Origin: Candidatus Omnitrophota bacterium
Lineage (GTDB): Bacteria > Omnitrophota > Gorgyraeia > Ghiorseimicrobiales > Ghiorseimicrobiaceae
Direction: 5' to 3'
Assembly: GCA_030681595.1 (NCBI GenBank)
Contig: JAUXSB010000061.1
Coordinates: forward strand, 69,392-133,391
DNA: 64,000 nt
A program made the position numbers and the translations under genes. Below are positions 51,074 to 60,065 of the stretch, piece by piece; position 1 is the first letter of the stretch, and every line of letters starts with the position of its first letter. The notes below the pieces were generated by a model. It saw only the letters and a program-made list of their open reading frames with translations. It did no database searches and was not told the DNA's origin.

Positions 51074-51375
51074 TTCATTAAATTGATTTTATCAATAAAT
51101 ATGGTTTTGGCATTCCTATAAATGGAAATCACCAAGGTCAACCCTACCACGCAGGCTGCCGCGGCCAGGGCAATCTCAAATAAGGCAAAAACCTGCCCTA
51201 ATCCGTCCGGGCTGCCTAAAAATTTATTAAAGGTAACCAAATTAATATTTGCGGCATTAATCATTAATTCAATAGACATAAGAATCCCAATGGCATTCCT
51301 GCGGGTCAAAGCCCCGAATAAGCCGATACAAAAAATTATGGCGCTTAAAATTAAAAAGTGGCTCTGGGGAATCAT
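51067..51375 (-). CDS. nuoK: NADH-quinone oxidoreductase subunit K
   Basis: 102 aa, three TM helices. LSAIIFCIGLFGALTRRNAIGILMSIELMINAANINLV is the NuoK signature. Confidence 0.85.
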   Translation of the reverse strand: MIPQSHFLILSAIIFCIGLFGALTRRNAIGILMSIELMINAANINLVTFNKFLGSPDGLGQVFALFEIALAAAACVVGLTLVISIYRNAKTIFIDKINLMKW

Positions 51376-51481
51376 AGTTCGATTCGTTTCACTCCCTCAC
51401 TATGACCCTGAGCAAACAAACACATTCGACTTCGCTCAATGTTCATCATGAGTTTACTGAAAGACGAAGTGCGTCGAAGGG

Positions 51482-52027
51482 TCATTCTTTTCTTGCCTTT
51501 CCTATTGCTATTGCCCCGACCATTACTGCTAATAAAACCAAAGAAATCACTTCAAACGGAAGTACGTATTTTGAAAAAAGCGAACGACCTAATTCTTTTA
51601 AGCTTAACGGCTCTATTTCTGCGCCAGAAGAAAGCCATGGGCTTTTGATGATCAAAATATAAAAAATAGCTAAAAATATCAAGGCCAGCGTAAGCGAAAA
51701 GAGAACCTGTTGATTCACCTGCCGTATCGCCTTATCGGAGATACGAGAGGTAAGCATAATACAGAAAACAAATAAAATCATAATCGCGCCCACATAGATG
51801 ATAATCTGGACGACTGCCAAAAACTGCGCGTCCAAAAGAAGATAAATTCCGGAAACACTTAAAAGCGTAAGCGCTAAAAACACGGCGCTATGAAAAACAT
51901 TGCGCGAGGCCACCACCAAAAAAGCAAACAGGCAAGTCAATCCCGCGATGAAATAAAAACTTAGCTGAGCGAAGGAATTTAAAGGTAAACCTGAATTATT
52001 TAACTGCTGGATTAACGAATTTAACAT
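51482..52027 (-). CDS. nuoJ: NADH-quinone oxidoreductase subunit J
   Basis: 181 aa membrane subunit between nuoI and nuoK. Confidence 0.75.
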   Translation of the reverse strand: MLNSLIQQLNNSGLPLNSFAQLSFYFIAGLTCLFAFLVVASRNVFHSAVFLALTLLSVSGIYLLLDAQFLAVVQIIIYVGAIMILFVFCIMLTSRISDKAIRQVNQQVLFSLTLALIFLAIFYILIIKSPWLSSGAEIEPLSLKELGRSLFSKYVLPFEVISLVLLAVMVGAIAIGKARKE

Positions 52028-52436
52028 ATTTTTCCGGATTTAATAAATCAATATATAAATCTTGGCGATTGAAACTCGCCACTTCGTATATTTTGTTTAA
52101 ATATACTGCTGATACCGGGCAGACCTGTTCGCAAAGCCCACAAAAACAGCATAATTCCATATTGTATTTAAAAGATTCTAACGCCTTTTTCTTCTCTTCC
52201 GTTAATTTGGCTGATAAACTTAGGCATGCGGTCGGGCAAATCCTGACGCACTGGGAACAGACAATACATTTATTAACACGCAAATCCACCAAGCCCCTGA
52301 ACCTCTCTGCCATGGATTGCCTTTCACTAGGATACTGCAAGGTAATCTTAGGGCAAAAGATGTTCTTAAAAGTCACAACCAGGCCTTTAATTAAACTTAG
52401 CGCGCCGATGGCTATATTTTGAAAATATTTTTTCAT
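51996..52436 (-). CDS. nuoI: NADH-quinone oxidoreductase subunit I (2x[4Fe-4S])
   Basis: 146 aa with two CxxCxxCxxxCP motifs (CIVCSQCVRICP, CCFCGLCEQVCP). Confidence 0.85.
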   Translation of the reverse strand: MKKYFQNIAIGALSLIKGLVVTFKNIFCPKITLQYPSERQSMAERFRGLVDLRVNKCIVCSQCVRICPTACLSLSAKLTEEKKKALESFKYNMELCCFCGLCEQVCPVSAVYLNKIYEVASFNRQDLYIDLLNPEKYVKFVNPAVK

Positions 52437-52439
52437 AGT

Positions 52440-53408
52440 TTAACGTGTTTTGATTAAAAACAACCCCGCGATCAGCAGGTTTACAAAAGCAATCGGCGTC
52501 AGCACCTTCCAGGCAAACGCCATCAACTGATCAACGCGCACACGCGGAAAAGTCCACCTGACCCACATTAAAAGAAATACTATCGCGTAAGTTTTTAGCA
52601 AAAACCAAACTACCGGGGGCAAAAACGGCCCCTGCCATCCGCCTAAAAAAAGTGTGGCGGCAATCGCGGAAATAATAAAAAAATTGGTGTATTCGCCGAT
52701 AAAAAACATGGCAAATTTCATCCCGGAATATTCGGTATGAAAACCGGCAACCAGCTCTGACTCTGCCTCTGAGATATCAAAGGGCGCCCTGTTTACTTCG
52801 GCGGTAGCGGAGATAATATAAATTATAAAAGCAATTGTTAAATTGGGATAAACAATAAACCAATATTTTGACTGCGCCCTGACTATATCCTGCATAGAGA
52901 GCGAATTTGCAAACATAAGCACGGTAAGCACAGAAAGCGTAAGGGGAATTTCGTAACTGATAATCTGGGCGACGGCGCGCATGGCACTAAGTAGTGAATA
53001 TTTATTATTTGAGCCCCAGCCGGCCATAAATATCCCAAACACGCAGATTGAAGTAATGGCAATCATAAAAAGTACGCCGGTATTTAAGTCTCTGGCGATT
53101 AAATTCTTATCAAAGGGCATACAAATAAAAGCCATAACAGCCGGCACCACCGCAAAAAAAGGCGCCAGCCACCAGACTAATTTGTCAGCGCTCGCGGGTG
53201 AGATATTTTCCTTTAATAAAAGCTTTACCGCATCGGCTATAGGCTGCAGTAATCCATGCCAGCCCACACGCATCGGGCCGAACCTGTTCTGGATCCAGGC
53301 AGAGACCTTTCTCTCCCACCAGATTAAAAACATAGCCGAGGCACTAATAAAGCCAAGGAGCGCTACACCTATTCCTGTATTAAAAATAATATCTAAGAAT
53401 TTAACCAT
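52440..53408 (-). CDS. nuoH: NADH-quinone oxidoreductase subunit H
   Basis: 322 aa. WWERKVSAWIQNRFGPMRVGWHGLLQPIADAVKLL is the NuoH/ND1 signature. Confidence 0.9.
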   Translation of the reverse strand: MVKFLDIIFNTGIGVALLGFISASAMFLIWWERKVSAWIQNRFGPMRVGWHGLLQPIADAVKLLLKENISPASADKLVWWLAPFFAVVPAVMAFICMPFDKNLIARDLNTGVLFMIAITSICVFGIFMAGWGSNNKYSLLSAMRAVAQIISYEIPLTLSVLTVLMFANSLSMQDIVRAQSKYWFIVYPNLTIAFIIYIISATAEVNRAPFDISEAESELVAGFHTEYSGMKFAMFFIGEYTNFFIISAIAATLFLGGWQGPFLPPVVWFLLKTYAIVFLLMWVRWTFPRVRVDQLMAFAWKVLTPIAFVNLLIAGLFLIKTR

Positions 53409-54535
53409 CAGCGGTCAATTTCCCCCATAACAATATCTAAACTTCCTAAAATACAAACCACATCCGCGATCTTGCAACCTTTAACTAATTCCGCTATAAC
53501 CGAAAGATTAGAAAATGAAGGCGGCCTTATTTTTAAACGATACGGATTGAATGATCCATCGCCGGCAATATAAAAACCTAATTCTCCGCGCGGATTTTCG
53601 CTGCGCATATAGGCTTCGCCTACCGGCAATTTATGCTGTCGTCCGGCTTTTACTGTCGGATCCCCCTCAGGGAGAGCGCCTATCGCCTGTTCAATAATTT
53701 TTAGGCTTTCTTTTATTTCTTCTAACTTTACCTTATATCTATCCCAGGAGTCGCCGTTTATGCCTGTCGGAATATCAAACTGGAAATTTTCATAGCCTGA
53801 ATACGGCTCGTCTTTCCTTAAATCCCACTTTACCCCTGAGGCGCGTAAATTCGGCCCTGTGACGCCATAATTTATAGCTACTTCTTTAAGCAATACCCCT
53901 ACATTCTTGGTACGCGCTAAAAATATGACGTTGCCGGAAAGAAGCCACTCATAATCATTAACCTTATTCGACATATATTTTATAAATTCTTTAATCTTGA
54001 TTTCTATTTCTTTAGTAAAATCAAACTGCACGCCTCCTATACGCATGTAATTATAGGTAAGGCGATTGCCGCAAAGCTCATTAAATATATCCACGATTTT
54101 TTCCCTATCACGGAAGCAATAAAATAGCGGCGTGGCAAACGCGCCTAAATCCTGGGCAAAACATCCTATGCCTAAAAGGTGGCTGGCAATACGGTTTAAT
54201 TCGGCAATGACAACACGGATATATTTTGCCCGGGCATTAACCTCAAGGCCTAAAAGTTTTTCTGCCGCCAATACAAAGGCTAAATTATTATTCATTGACG
54301 CGATATAATCAAGGCGGTCGGTAAAAGGGATAAACTGGGTAAGGGTACGGCTTTCAGCGATTTTTTCCATGCCGCGGTGCAGATAGCCTAAATGCACAGT
54401 GCAGCCTAGAGCTACTTCGCCGTCTAATTTTAATTCCAAATATAAAACCCCGTGGGTCGAAGGATGCTGCGGCCCCATATTTATGAGGAATTCTTCAGTA
54501 GTAATGCATTTGCTTTCTTTTAATGCCGTTTCCAT
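53408..54535 (-). CDS. nuoD: NADH-quinone oxidoreductase subunit D (49 kDa)
   Basis: 375 aa. MGPQHPSTHGVL and the C-terminal region are NuoD signatures. Confidence 0.85.
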   Translation of the reverse strand: METALKESKCITTEEFLINMGPQHPSTHGVLYLELKLDGEVALGCTVHLGYLHRGMEKIAESRTLTQFIPFTDRLDYIASMNNNLAFVLAAEKLLGLEVNARAKYIRVVIAELNRIASHLLGIGCFAQDLGAFATPLFYCFRDREKIVDIFNELCGNRLTYNYMRIGGVQFDFTKEIEIKIKEFIKYMSNKVNDYEWLLSGNVIFLARTKNVGVLLKEVAINYGVTGPNLRASGVKWDLRKDEPYSGYENFQFDIPTGINGDSWDRYKVKLEEIKESLKIIEQAIGALPEGDPTVKAGRQHKLPVGEAYMRSENPRGELGFYIAGDGSFNPYRLKIRPPSFSNLSVIAELVKGCKIADVVCILGSLDIVMGEIDR

Positions 54536-54608
54536 ATTCCTTAAGACTTGTGTAGCCTGCTTATCAACCCGGCTAAATCCGAAGTACGAAATTCGAATTT
54601 CATAACTA

Positions 54609-55055
54609 TTACGGTTTTTTCACGATATTCGGATGGGTAAAATCTTTTCTTAAAGGATAGCCCTGCCAATCATCTGGGTTTAAAATCCTTTTTAAATTCG
54701 GGTGATTTAAAAAAGTTACACCGAATAAATCATATACCTCGCGCTCAAACCAGTCTGCTGCCTTCCAAATTCCGGCTAGGCTCTCAACCTTTAAATCATT
54801 AATATTCAGATAAACCTTAAGTGTTAGGCTCGCTTTAGCTTTAAGGGAGCAAAAAATATAAACTACCTCTATTCTCTCTTTACGGTCAATCGCAGTAAGG
54901 CAATGCAGGCTGTCAAACTCCGGCTCATGCGTCTTTAAAAAACGGGCAAGTGTTAAAAGCTTTTCTTTTGGAATAATTATGGCTTGGGTAGATTCTTCCT
55001 GAAGCGCCTCGGGGAACTTTGCCCTGATAACCTCAAAAAAATTAACGCTTTGCAT
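54609..55055 (-). CDS. nuoC: NADH-quinone oxidoreductase subunit C (30 kDa)
   Basis: 148 aa. ERE(V)YDLFGV(T)F motif. Confidence 0.8.
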   Translation of the reverse strand: MQSVNFFEVIRAKFPEALQEESTQAIIIPKEKLLTLARFLKTHEPEFDSLHCLTAIDRKERIEVVYIFCSLKAKASLTLKVYLNINDLKVESLAGIWKAADWFEREVYDLFGVTFLNHPNLKRILNPDDWQGYPLRKDFTHPNIVKKP

Positions 55056-55557
55056 CTTTTTCTTTTTTTATCTTTTCCTGCAGTTTCATTATTCCGAAAA
55101 GGAGATTTTCCGGTCGGGGTGGGCAACCCGGAATATGCACGTCTACTTTAATGCCTAAGCTTTCAGTCCCCTTTACTACCGAATAGGTATCATGGTAAAA
55201 AATTCCGCCGGAAACCGCGCAATTCCCCATGGCAATTACGTATTTTGGCTGGGGCATCTGTTCATAAAGCCGCTTAACACACTCACTCATCTTAACACAG
55301 ATAGTGCCGGCGACTATCATCACATCGCACTGCCGGGGAGAAGCACGGAATACGCCCGCGCCAAACCTATCGATATCAAAACGCGCAGCACCCGTTGCCA
55401 TCATCTCAATAGCGCAACAGGCAAGGCCAAAGGTCATCGGCCAAAGAGAAGAAGCCTTTGCCCATTTAAACACATCTTGACTTTTTGCCACTATGATATT
55501 TCCGCCGGGAAATTTCTCGATTAAACCCTGCGCGGGAATTTTTTCAATTACTGCCAT
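55042..55557 (-). CDS. nuoB: NADH-quinone oxidoreductase subunit B (20 kDa, N2 cluster)
   Basis: 171 aa. [18 protein letters not shown] and DVHIPGCPP motifs. Confidence 0.9.
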   Translation of the reverse strand: MAVIEKIPAQGLIEKFPGGNIIVAKSQDVFKWAKASSLWPMTFGLACCAIEMMATGAARFDIDRFGAGVFRASPRQCDVMIVAGTICVKMSECVKRLYEQMPQPKYVIAMGNCAVSGGIFYHDTYSVVKGTESLGIKVDVHIPGCPPRPENLLFGIMKLQEKIKKEKDAKR

Positions 55558-55904
55558 TCTAAAGCTCCCTTTTTCCAGGCATAAATAAGGCCAAAGATTA
55601 AAAGAAGGACAAAAACCACCATCTCAATGTAAGCAGTTACGCCTAATTCACGGAAAATAACCGCCCAGGGAGCTAAAAAAATAATTTCTACATCAAAAAT
55701 TACGAAAATAAGCGCGATAAGGTAATAGCGAACATTAAACTGAACCCGGGAGCTGCCTTTTACTACCTCGCCGCATTCATAGGTGGATTCCTTGATAGGG
55801 TTCGGTTCGCGGGGACGTAAAACCCAAGAAACAACAAAAGCGCTTGCTACAAAAGCAATGCCTAAGAATAAAAATAAAAGGATAATACCGTAATCCGGGA
55901 GCAT
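55548..55904 (-). CDS. nuoA: NADH-quinone oxidoreductase subunit A
   Basis: 118 aa, three TM helices. YECGE...[15 protein letters not shown] is the NuoA signature. Confidence 0.85.
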   Translation of the reverse strand: MLPDYGIILLFLFLGIAFVASAFVVSWVLRPREPNPIKESTYECGEVVKGSSRVQFNVRYYLIALIFVIFDVEIIFLAPWAVIFRELGVTAYIEMVVFVLLLIFGLIYAWKKGALEWQ

Positions 55905-55973
55905 ATGTTTGAGATGCTATTACTTCTAGAATTGCAGAAAAATCAAGCCGCTTTCTACGGCTCGTTAAAAAGA

Positions 55974-56211
55974 TGGCGGGGACGACGGGATTTTTTCTCC
56001 CCTGAACCGACATTCGTCGGCTCTCCTCCGCAACCGGCCGCCCTCGCTTGAACCAGTGGCGCTCGGGTCGGCTTCAAATCCCTGAGAAAAATCTGGCGGG
56101 GACGACGGGATTTTTGCTCCCCTGAACCGACATTCGTCGGCTCTCCTCCGCAACCGGCCGCCCTCGCTTGAACCAGTGGCGCTCGGGTCGGCTTCAAATC
56201 CCTTAAAAATA
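55974..56211. repeat. two tandem units of about 119 bp, each carrying a copy of the tRNA-Asp 3' end
   Basis: Both units begin, in plus orientation, TGGCGGGGACGACGGGATTTTT, the reverse complement of the 3' roughly 21 nt of the adjacent tRNA-Asp. The remaining roughly 97 nt are about 98% identical between units and contain a CCGACGAATGTCGG hairpin. Confidence 0.8.
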
Positions 56212-56290
56212 TGGCGGGGACGACGGGATTTGAACCCGCGGTCTTCAGATCGACAATCTGACGCGTTAAACCAGACTACGCTACGTCCCC
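56212..56290 (-). tRNA. tRNA-Asp (anticodon GTC), CCA encoded
   Basis: Minus-strand sequence GGGGACGTAGCGTAGTCTGGTTTAACGCGTCAGATTGTCGATCTGAAGACCGCGGGTTCAAATCCCGTCGTCCCCGCCA folds as a cloverleaf. The anticodon stem TCAGA/TCTGA has loop TTGTCGA, giving GTC. The T-loop is TTCAAAT. Confidence 0.85.
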
Positions 56291-56348
56291 AAAATACAGA
56301 GTGTAAATTCTATCCTAAAACTAATATTTTTTCAATAACAATTCAAGT

Positions 56349-56422
56349 GGGCGATAGAGGACTTGAACCCCTGACCCTCTGCGTGTAAAGCAGATGCTCT
56401 AACCAACTGAGCTAATCGCCCA
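56349..56422 (-). tRNA. tRNA-Val (anticodon TAC)
   Basis: Minus-strand sequence GGGCGATTAGCTCAGTTGGTTAGAGCATCTGCTTTACACGCAGAGGGTCAGGGGTTCAAGTCCTCTATCGCCCA. The anticodon stem TCTGC/GCAGA has loop TTTACAC, giving TAC. CCA is not encoded. Confidence 0.85.
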
Positions 56423-56425
56423 AAA

Positions 56426-57151
56426 CTAATTTAAGCTCTTTAAAATTCTCTGAGTGGCTAAAGACGGGTCTTTTGCTTCTAATATTGGCCTACCGACGAC
56501 AATATAGTCAGAACCGGCTTTTGCTGCATCTTGAGGTGTGGCAATACGCTTTTGATCGCCTGAATCTACGCCTTTGGGCCTTATACCGGGGCTAACCACC
56601 ACTAAATCGCTGCCAAATTTTTCGCGGATAATCCCTGCCTCTTGAACTGAAGCCACTACGCCATCTAAGCCTGCTTCTCTTGCATTGCTTGTGAAAGAAA
56701 GCACAAGAGGCAATATTGTACTATTATTGATTTGGCTTGTCAAGACTGTAACTGCAATAATTAAAGGAGGTTTTATGCCTGCTTTAGATGCCTCTAAACA
56801 AGCTGCTTCCTTTGCCCTCTGCATCATTTCTATGCCGCCTTGAGCATGCACATTAAACATAAAAATTCCTAAACTTGTGGCGGAGGAAGCGGCGCCTGCC
56901 ACGGTGTTTGGGATGTCATGGAATTTCAGATCTAAAAACACCTTCGCCCCTTTTTTATGTACCATTTCTACGGCGCCTGGTCCGTAGAGGGTAAAAAGCT
57001 GTAACCCGATTTTAAAAATCTTTACTTGGGGGTAGAGTAAATCTATGAATTTTTCCGCTTTTTTAAGGCTGTCAACATCGAGGGCAACGATTAATTCGGG
57101 TTTCGCCAGCCCGATTTCAGTCTGGCGGGGATTTCGGGATTCGGGGTTCAT
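56426..57151 (-). CDS. pyrF: orotidine 5'-phosphate decarboxylase
   Basis: 241 aa with conserved motifs: LIVALD, KIGLQLF and FLDLKFHDIPNTV. Confidence 0.85.
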   Translation of the reverse strand: MNPESRNPRQTEIGLAKPELIVALDVDSLKKAEKFIDLLYPQVKIFKIGLQLFTLYGPGAVEMVHKKGAKVFLDLKFHDIPNTVAGAASSATSLGIFMFNVHAQGGIEMMQRAKEAACLEASKAGIKPPLIIAVTVLTSQINNSTILPLVLSFTSNAREAGLDGVVASVQEAGIIREKFGSDLVVVSPGIRPKGVDSGDQKRIATPQDAAKAGSDYIVVGRPILEAKDPSLATQRILKSLN

Positions 57152-58104
57152 TGAATTTCAATACTCCCAATTAAATTTTTTATATTGGATATTTTATGCT
57201 TGCGTATATACCCTTTAATACCTTCTATAATCTCGATACTTACGCGCGGATTTATAAAATTTGCTGTGCCGACCTCAACAGCAGTTGCTCCGGCAATAAT
57301 AAACTCTAAAGCGTCCTCGGCAGTCATTATCCCGCCGATACCGATCACCGGAATTTTTACCTTTTGCGCGGCTTCCCAGACCATACGCAGGGCAATCGGT
57401 TTTATCGCAGGCCCGCTTAAACCGCCGGTAATGTTGCCTAGCTTTGGCCTTCTACTATTAACATCAATACTCATTGCCAAAAATGTGTTTACTAACGATA
57501 CGCTGTCAGCCCCGGCATCTTCTGCCGCCTTAGCAATTTCAGCTATATCCGTAACATTAGGGGTGAGCTTGGCAATGATTACCCCTTTAGTCATCTTCCG
57601 CGCGGCCTTTACAACTCCATAAGTGGCTTTTTTGTCTTGAGATATTAATTGATTATTTTTCTGGTGACTGGCCTGTGCCCGCCAGGGTATGACTGGTGAC
57701 TGGTGACTTTTTAAATTCGGGCAGGACAAATTTAATTCCACAGCCAAGACACCTGCCGCATCTAATCGTTTCGCTAGCTCCGCGTATTCCGCGGCCCGCG
57801 CGCCGGCGATGCTTGCGATTACCTGCGTTTTTAATTTTCTTAAAAAGGGGAGTTTCTCGACAATAAAATGTTTCACGCCGTCATTCTCTAAACCGATAGA
57901 ATTAAGCATTCCGGACGGCGTCTCTACTACACGGGGGGGCGCATTTCCTTGACGGGGTTCTAAAGTGATAGTTTTGCTAATAACTGCGCCTATTTTATTT
58001 AAATCAACAAAGCCTTTAAACTCTTCGGTATAACCAAAAGTTCCGGAGGCAACTAAAACCGGATTTTTAAGTTTTAGCCCCCCCAAACAAACTGCTATAC
58101 TCAT
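57148..58104 (-). CDS. pyrD: dihydroorotate dehydrogenase catalytic subunit (class 1B), with an in-frame repeat-family-B insertion
   Basis: 318 aa. Conserved regions: NPVLVASGTFGY, ELNLSCPN, NITGGLSGPAIKP and GTANF. It is co-located with pyrK. Confidence 0.85.
   Translation of the reverse strand: MSIAVCLGGLKLKNPVLVASGTFGYTEEFKGFVDLNKIGAVISKTITLEPRQGNAPPRVVETPSGMLNSIGLENDGVKHFIVEKLPFLRKLKTQVIASIAGARAAEYAELAKRLDAAGVLAVELNLSCPNLKSHQSPVIPWRAQASHQKNNQLISQDKKATYGVVKAARKMTKGVIIAKLTPNVTDIAEIAKAAEDAGADSVSLVNTFLAMSIDVNSRRPKLGNITGGLSGPAIKPIALRMVWEAAQKVKIPVIGIGGIMTAEDALEFIIAGATAVEVGTANFINPRVSIEIIEGIKGYIRKHKISNIKNLIGSIEIQ
57661..57707. repeat. repeat family B copy (47 bp) inserted in-frame inside pyrD
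   Basis: CTGGTGACTGGCCTGTGCCCGCCAGGGTATGACTGGTGACTGGTGAC encodes [16 protein letters not shown] on the pyrD strand. It is 46/47 identical to 63381-63427 inside carB. Confidence 0.9.
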
Positions 58105-58374
58105 TTAACGTACAATTATCTGCAGCATTATCACCAAAGCTAAAATAACCACGATTATGCCGATCATTTTGCTTTTCCTAGCAAGCCAATCATCGCTTTG
58201 CACTTCTTTATCTAATGCCTGCTGGATCTTCTCTAGTACAAAGAATTTCTTATTTAATGCTTCGCTTAATTTCTGTAGCGCTGCCGGCTTAAAAATAAAA
58301 ATCATGCCTAATATAAACCCCATGGCCGCGGTAATAATTGATACGGGCAGAACCAACGCTTCTAAAACATCCAT
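58105..58374 (-). CDS. small two-TM membrane protein, hypothetical
   Basis: 89 aa ORF between pyrK and pyrD with two hydrophobic helices. No recognisable family. Confidence 0.4.
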   Translation of the reverse strand: MDVLEALVLPVSIITAAMGFILGMIFIFKPAALQKLSEALNKKFFVLEKIQQALDKEVQSDDWLARKSKMIGIIVVILALVIMLQIIVR

Positions 58375-58482
58375 AAATCCCTCCTTTTCTAATGACCTAT
58401 TTTGAACCTATTTTGTATAATATTATACCATACAGATTATTGAAATGCTTATAAATATCTTTAACCGGCTGCGGCTTTTTTC

Positions 58483-59364
58483 TTATGGCAATAACTCTTC
58501 CGTGTTGAATACCGGCCCTTCTTTACAGACGTATTTATAGCCGTTTTTTGTTTGAACCACACATCCAAGGCAAGCGCCAAAACCACAGGCCATATATTCT
58601 TCCAATGAAACCCACGCAGGAATATGATAACATTCCGCGAGCCTGGTGATTTCTTTTAACATCGGCTTTGGGCCGCAAGCGTAAACTACCGCCGCAGGCT
58701 GCAAGCTGCAGGCTGCAAGCTGCTTTTTATTTTTGCCTGTAGCCTGCTTGTGCCCGTAAGGGTATAGCCTGCCTGTGCCCGTAAGGGTATAGCCTGTAGC
58801 TAATATTTCTTCTAAAAGTTCAGTAATCCTTCCCTTAAAACCATGCGAGCCATCGTCTGTAGCTATTTTAACATCGCAACCGAGGTTTTTAAACTCTTTT
58901 TCGCATGAGACCTGTTCTTTTGTCCTTGCGCCGAGCAACACTGCGATCTCGAAGTTCGATATTCGAGGTTCGATGCTTCTTAGTTTCTCCGCCAGAAAAG
59001 TTAATGGAGCGACACCCATTCCCCCTGCTACTATTATCGCCCTTCGCCCTTCGCCCTTCGCCCTTCGTAAGTCAAATCCATTCCCCAGCGGGCCAATCAC
59101 ATCTAAATATTCCCCTGCTTTTTTCTTTGATAAAATCTCTGTGCCTTTACCCTTTATTTCATAAAAAATCTCTATCTCTTTGCCGATTACGCGATGGATG
59201 CTAAATGGACGCCGCAATAACGGTTCATAATCATCGCTTATTCTCGCCATTACAAACTGCCCCGGTAAAGCTTCCCCAGCAATCTTCGGCGCCTCTAACC
59301 TTATCTTAAAATACTTTTGGCCGATTTTCTTATTAGATATAATTTTAACTTTTACGCAGAACAT
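58483..59364 (-). CDS. pyrK: dihydroorotate dehydrogenase electron-transfer subunit (FAD/2Fe-2S), with in-frame repeat insertions
   Basis: 293 aa. PyrK-type N-terminus (FKIRLEAP...PGQFVMAR), RRPFSI, and the C-terminal Cys cluster ACGFGACLGCVV. Confidence 0.8.
   Translation of the reverse strand: MFCVKVKIISNKKIGQKYFKIRLEAPKIAGEALPGQFVMARISDDYEPLLRRPFSIHRVIGKEIEIFYEIKGKGTEILSKKKAGEYLDVIGPLGNGFDLRRAKGEGRRAIIVAGGMGVAPLTFLAEKLRSIEPRISNFEIAVLLGARTKEQVSCEKEFKNLGCDVKIATDDGSHGFKGRITELLEEILATGYTLTGTGRLYPYGHKQATGKNKKQLAACSLQPAAVVYACGPKPMLKEITRLAECYHIPAWVSLEEYMACGFGACLGCVVQTKNGYKYVCKEGPVFNTEELLP
58694..58800. repeat. composite repeat (family C) inserted in-frame in pyrK
   Basis: 2x GCAGGCTGCAAGCT, then a T-rich linker, then 2x AGCCTGC(C/T)TGTGCCCGTAAGGGTAT. 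It encodes ATGYTLTGTGRLYPYGHKQATGKNKKQLAACSLQPA. Its core CCTGTGCCCG..AGGGTAT is shared with family B. Confidence 0.8.
59034..59066. repeat. tandem heptanucleotide repeat (GCCCTTC x4) inside pyrK coding sequence
   Basis: CGCCCTTCGCCCTTCGCCCTTCGCCCTTCG encodes RRAKGEGRRA just before the FAD/NAD-binding AIIVAGGMG motif. Confidence 0.8.
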
Positions 59365-60034
59365 TTTCTTTCCTGCAGAATAAAATGCACAAGGTTATAA
59401 AAAATACGGCTGCCAATAAGAATTCCAGCGCTTCTTTCAAAAATTCGTTGCGCCCAAAAATCCTGATATCCTGCCAAGTTTCCAGCGCGATTATAATTAT
59501 AGACACCGCGATTAACGAAGACAGCTCTTTTTTAACCCAAGCCCACTTAAAAAACAAATAATCCCTGGGGTTTACTCTAAAGAAATTTTTATTAGGAAAA
59601 TATTTTGGCGTTTTTCTACAATAAGCCTTGTATTCTTCGCCGAAAAGCTGTAAAAGGCTATTTTCTTCTTTACGCACCTGCGGAGTATATATTACTAAAA
59701 AAATAAGTAGAAAGACTAAAAACGCCCACCACTGAAAAAGGATACTGACAGTCCCTAAACCAATCAACAAAGTCCCGAAATACATCGGGTGCCTAACTAA
59801 GCCATAAAGGCCGTCCAACATTAGGCTCCTTCCATTCCAAGATTTTTCTGACTTATACCCTCTTGCAACGACGCGAATCAAAAAACCAAATAAAAGCACA
59901 AATATTCCCAATATATCTAAAAATTCGTCTGCCGCTTCTCCCTTCCATCGTGGAAATAAAAACTTAGATAGGAACACCGCTGTCAAAACAGCCAAAAAAA
60001 TAGATATGCCTTGAGTTCTTATTCGTGGCTTCAC
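59345..60034 (-). CDS. isoprenylcysteine carboxyl methyltransferase (ICMT)/phospholipid methyltransferase family membrane protein
   Basis: 229 aa polytopic protein. LVRHPMYFGTLLIGLG is the ICMT/PEMT family motif. Confidence 0.65.
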   Translation of the reverse strand: MKPRIRTQGISIFLAVLTAVFLSKFLFPRWKGEAADEFLDILGIFVLLFGFLIRVVARGYKSEKSWNGRSLMLDGLYGLVRHPMYFGTLLIGLGTVSILFQWWAFLVFLLIFLVIYTPQVRKEENSLLQLFGEEYKAYCRKTPKYFPNKNFFRVNPRDYLFFKWAWVKKELSSLIAVSIIIIALETWQDIRIFGRNEFLKEALEFLLAAVFFITLCILFCRKENVLRKS

Positions 60035-60065
60035 ACCGTCATTCCTTTATTGTATTCACCTGCTA

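Noticed and set aside
51376-51481. 106-bp gap between nuoK and nuoJ as a separate element
   Set aside because: It contains only weak, imperfect inverted repeats and is probably just an intercistronic spacer.
55777-56197. ORFs 55777-56013, 55955-56197, 55965-56153 and 56176-56388
   Set aside because: They run through the tRNA-Asp-derived tandem repeats, the tRNA genes and the nuoA 5' region. The repeated peptide (RAPLVQARAAGCGGEPTNVGSGE) is an artefact of translating the 119-bp repeat.
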